Assembly (NCBI GenBank): GCA_035764045.1
Contig: DASTZX010000118.1
Location: 146-64,145 of the forward strand
From: Xanthobacteraceae bacterium
Lineage (GTDB): Bacteria > Pseudomonadota > Alphaproteobacteria > Rhizobiales > Xanthobacteraceae
Length of the DNA stretch: 64,000 nt
Direction of reading: 5' to 3'
Of this stretch, positions 62,558 to 64,000 are shown one piece after another (position 1 is the first letter of the stretch; every line of letters begins with the position of its first letter). The position numbers and the translations under genes were made by a program. The notes beneath the pieces are model-generated. The model was not told where the DNA came from, ran no database searches, and saw only the letters and a list, made by a program, of their open reading frames with translations.

Positions 62558-63598
62558 CTACTGCGACTCCCAATAGTGCAGGCCGGCCGAGCCCACGGCT
62601 CCGCCGACCACGCACGGAATGCCGAACTCGAGCTGGCCTGCGGCGGCGGCCCCGATGCAGCCGAGCGCGAGCGCGCCCTGTCCGATCTGCCCCCACAGCG
62701 ACACGTCGCGCTTGTATCCCGGGCCCTTGCGCTTGAGCTCCTCGATCGAGGCGAGCGCCTGCTTGTGCAGCCGCCCAAGGTCGACCGTCTCGGCCGCGAG
62801 GATCACCTCGTCGAGATCCTTCTTGGCGCCCTTGGGATAGTCCTTGCTGACGCTCTTGAGCATGGCGAGGAGCTTGGGGTCGCGTGCCGCGTTGGAGGCG
62901 AGCGTATATTTCGCCATGCTGCCGATGGTCAGCTTGTCGACGTCGTCCCGCTCCTGCGACCACGACATCAGGGTGATGATGCGCGAGATCCCTGGGTTGA
63001 ACGTGCCGGTCGCGCAGTAATAGCCCCACAGCACGTCGAGCAGTCCTGGCGTCGGCTCCAACACCGCCTGCTTTGCGGGCTTGTCGCCCAAGCCGAGATA
63101 GCCGCCGAGTTTGGCGAACGTGCCCGGTTTCTTGGTAAAGCCGGCCTGGTCGAGGGTCGGCAGCTCGCCGGCGAGATACTTGTCTATCATGATCCGCTTC
63201 GGCGGCACCTTGTCGGCAACGCGGCGCAGCATGCCCTTCCAGTCGGGCAGGCCCGAATAGGCGATCGCCTGCACCACCGCCCATTGATCCTCGGGCGGCA
63301 GCGGCAGCATGCGGCCAACCAGGCCTTCGGCGCGCGTCGGGTTGGCGGCGAGCACGCCAGCCATGAAGCCGACGTAGGCGCCTGCATTCTCGGAATCCTT
63401 GAACACGCCGAGCCGGCTCATCGCCTTCACGGCGTCCGGCACATGGCTCGGATCGCGGTTCGCCCGGTAGCCATTGATCCAGGCGAGCACCGCCTCGCGC
63501 GTCGCGAACTCGCCCGGCCGCAACGGCGAGGCGTCCGCCGGCGACGCGAGGATGAACGCGCCGACCGCCGCGGCGAGAATGACAAAGATGCGGTGCAT
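62558..63598 (-). CDS. Secreted/periplasmic hypothetical protein with C-terminal Gly-rich hydrophobic segment
   Basis: The ATG at 63598 is preceded by GGAGGGG. Signal peptide MHRIFVILAAAVGAFILASPADA|SP. No family recognised. Confidence 0.55.
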   Translation of the reverse strand: MHRIFVILAAAVGAFILASPADASPLRPGEFATREAVLAWINGYRANRDPSHVPDAVKAMSRLGVFKDSENAGAYVGFMAGVLAANPTRAEGLVGRMLPLPPEDQWAVVQAIAYSGLPDWKGMLRRVADKVPPKRIMIDKYLAGELPTLDQAGFTKKPGTFAKLGGYLGLGDKPAKQAVLEPTPGLLDVLWGYYCATGTFNPGISRIITLMSWSQERDDVDKLTIGSMAKYTLASNAARDPKLLAMLKSVSKDYPKGAKKDLDEVILAAETVDLGRLHKQALASIEELKRKGPGYKRDVSLWGQIGQGALALGCIGAAAAGQLEFGIPCVVGGAVGSAGLHYWESQ

Positions 63599-63843
63599 AT
63601 CCCCTCCATCCCGACAACCGGTCCGCACCCGGATGAAGCTGACCAAGCCGATGCGACCTTTTCGTGGGCGCGAGGGCGCAAAATCATGACCGGACCGGGG
63701 CAGCCGCGGCACAGCCCGGACGGCGATCTTGGCCGCAACGCGGCGCGCGGGCTTAATGGGTTTTGACCCTAGACCCGGGGCCGTGGCTCCCTATGATGCG
63801 CGCCCGTCCGGCCCCTCCGGACCTGACCAAGACGGATCTTTCC

Positions 63844-64000
63844 ATGCGAATCGGCGTGATGGCGGCGGGTGCCGTCGGCGGCTACTTCGGCGGGCGGCTC
63901 GCGGCGGCGGGCCACGAGGTGGTGTTCTTTGCGCGCGGCGCCAACCTGGCGGCGCTGCGCCGCAACGGCCTCAAGATCGAAAGCGTCAAGGGTGATCTCA
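63844..64000 (+). CDS. 2-dehydropantoate 2-reductase family protein (5' part only; runs off the window)
   Basis: Own translation: MRIGVMAAGAVGGYFGGRLAAAGHEVVFFARGANLAALRRNGLKIESVKGDL, a Rossmann GxGxxG N-terminus typical of the ApbA/PanE family. Confidence 0.65.
   Translation, partial: MRIGVMAAGAVGGYFGGRLAAAGHEVVFFARGANLAALRRNGLKIESVKGDL

Overview
High-GC alphaproteobacterial chromosome segment; gene content and repeat types look Bradyrhizobiaceae-like, which is an inference. The backbone is the dcw cell-division and peptidoglycan cluster on the minus strand: mraZ-rsmH-ftsL-ftsI-murE-murF-mraY-murD, then ftsW-murG-murC-murB-ddl-ftsQ-ftsA-ftsZ, then lpxC and a truncated bamD. The cluster is split between murD and ftsW by about 14.4 kb of unrelated genes: aldolase and amidohydrolase, an MltB-like transglycosylase, tartrate dehydrogenase, a Crp-type regulator, small envelope proteins, and an SDR / two-glycosyltransferase / two-AI-2E-permease cluster. 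Upstream of mraZ lie a divergent Ser/Thr phosphatase plus non-RD kinase-USP pair, a cell-wall amidase, a six-gene ABC/hydrolase operon, RNase P RNA, an MFS transporter, a fused oxoprolinase-type gene, an SDR, orphan small ORFs, Tim44-like and extensin-like envelope proteins, and a methionine-cycle block (metH, metF, ArsR-methyltransferase regulator, trmO). No rRNA, tRNA, CRISPR, transposase, integrase or recognisable defence genes were seen. The most notable observations are: (1) GC-rich palindromic REP-like elements that have invaded coding sequence, in-frame inside the oxoprolinase gene and forming the metF C-terminal tail, and also dcw intergenic spacers; (2) a 10-bp-phased TGGG direct-repeat array upstream of mraZ, a candidate MraZ operator; (3) the split dcw cluster; (4) divergent EcfG-type (GGAAC-N17-CGTT/GGTT) promoter candidates in front of small envelope genes and a glycosyltransferase cluster; (5) an unannotated 27-codon hydrophobic ORF with its own SD and terminator; (6) a fossil 3' end of a second oxoprolinase gene next to tandemly duplicated orphan ORFs. 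All calls rest on reading the sequence and on recalled family motifs. No searches or computations were run. The ORF track treats GTG and TTG as starts, so many track ORFs are 5'-extended, and starts were re-chosen by eye.
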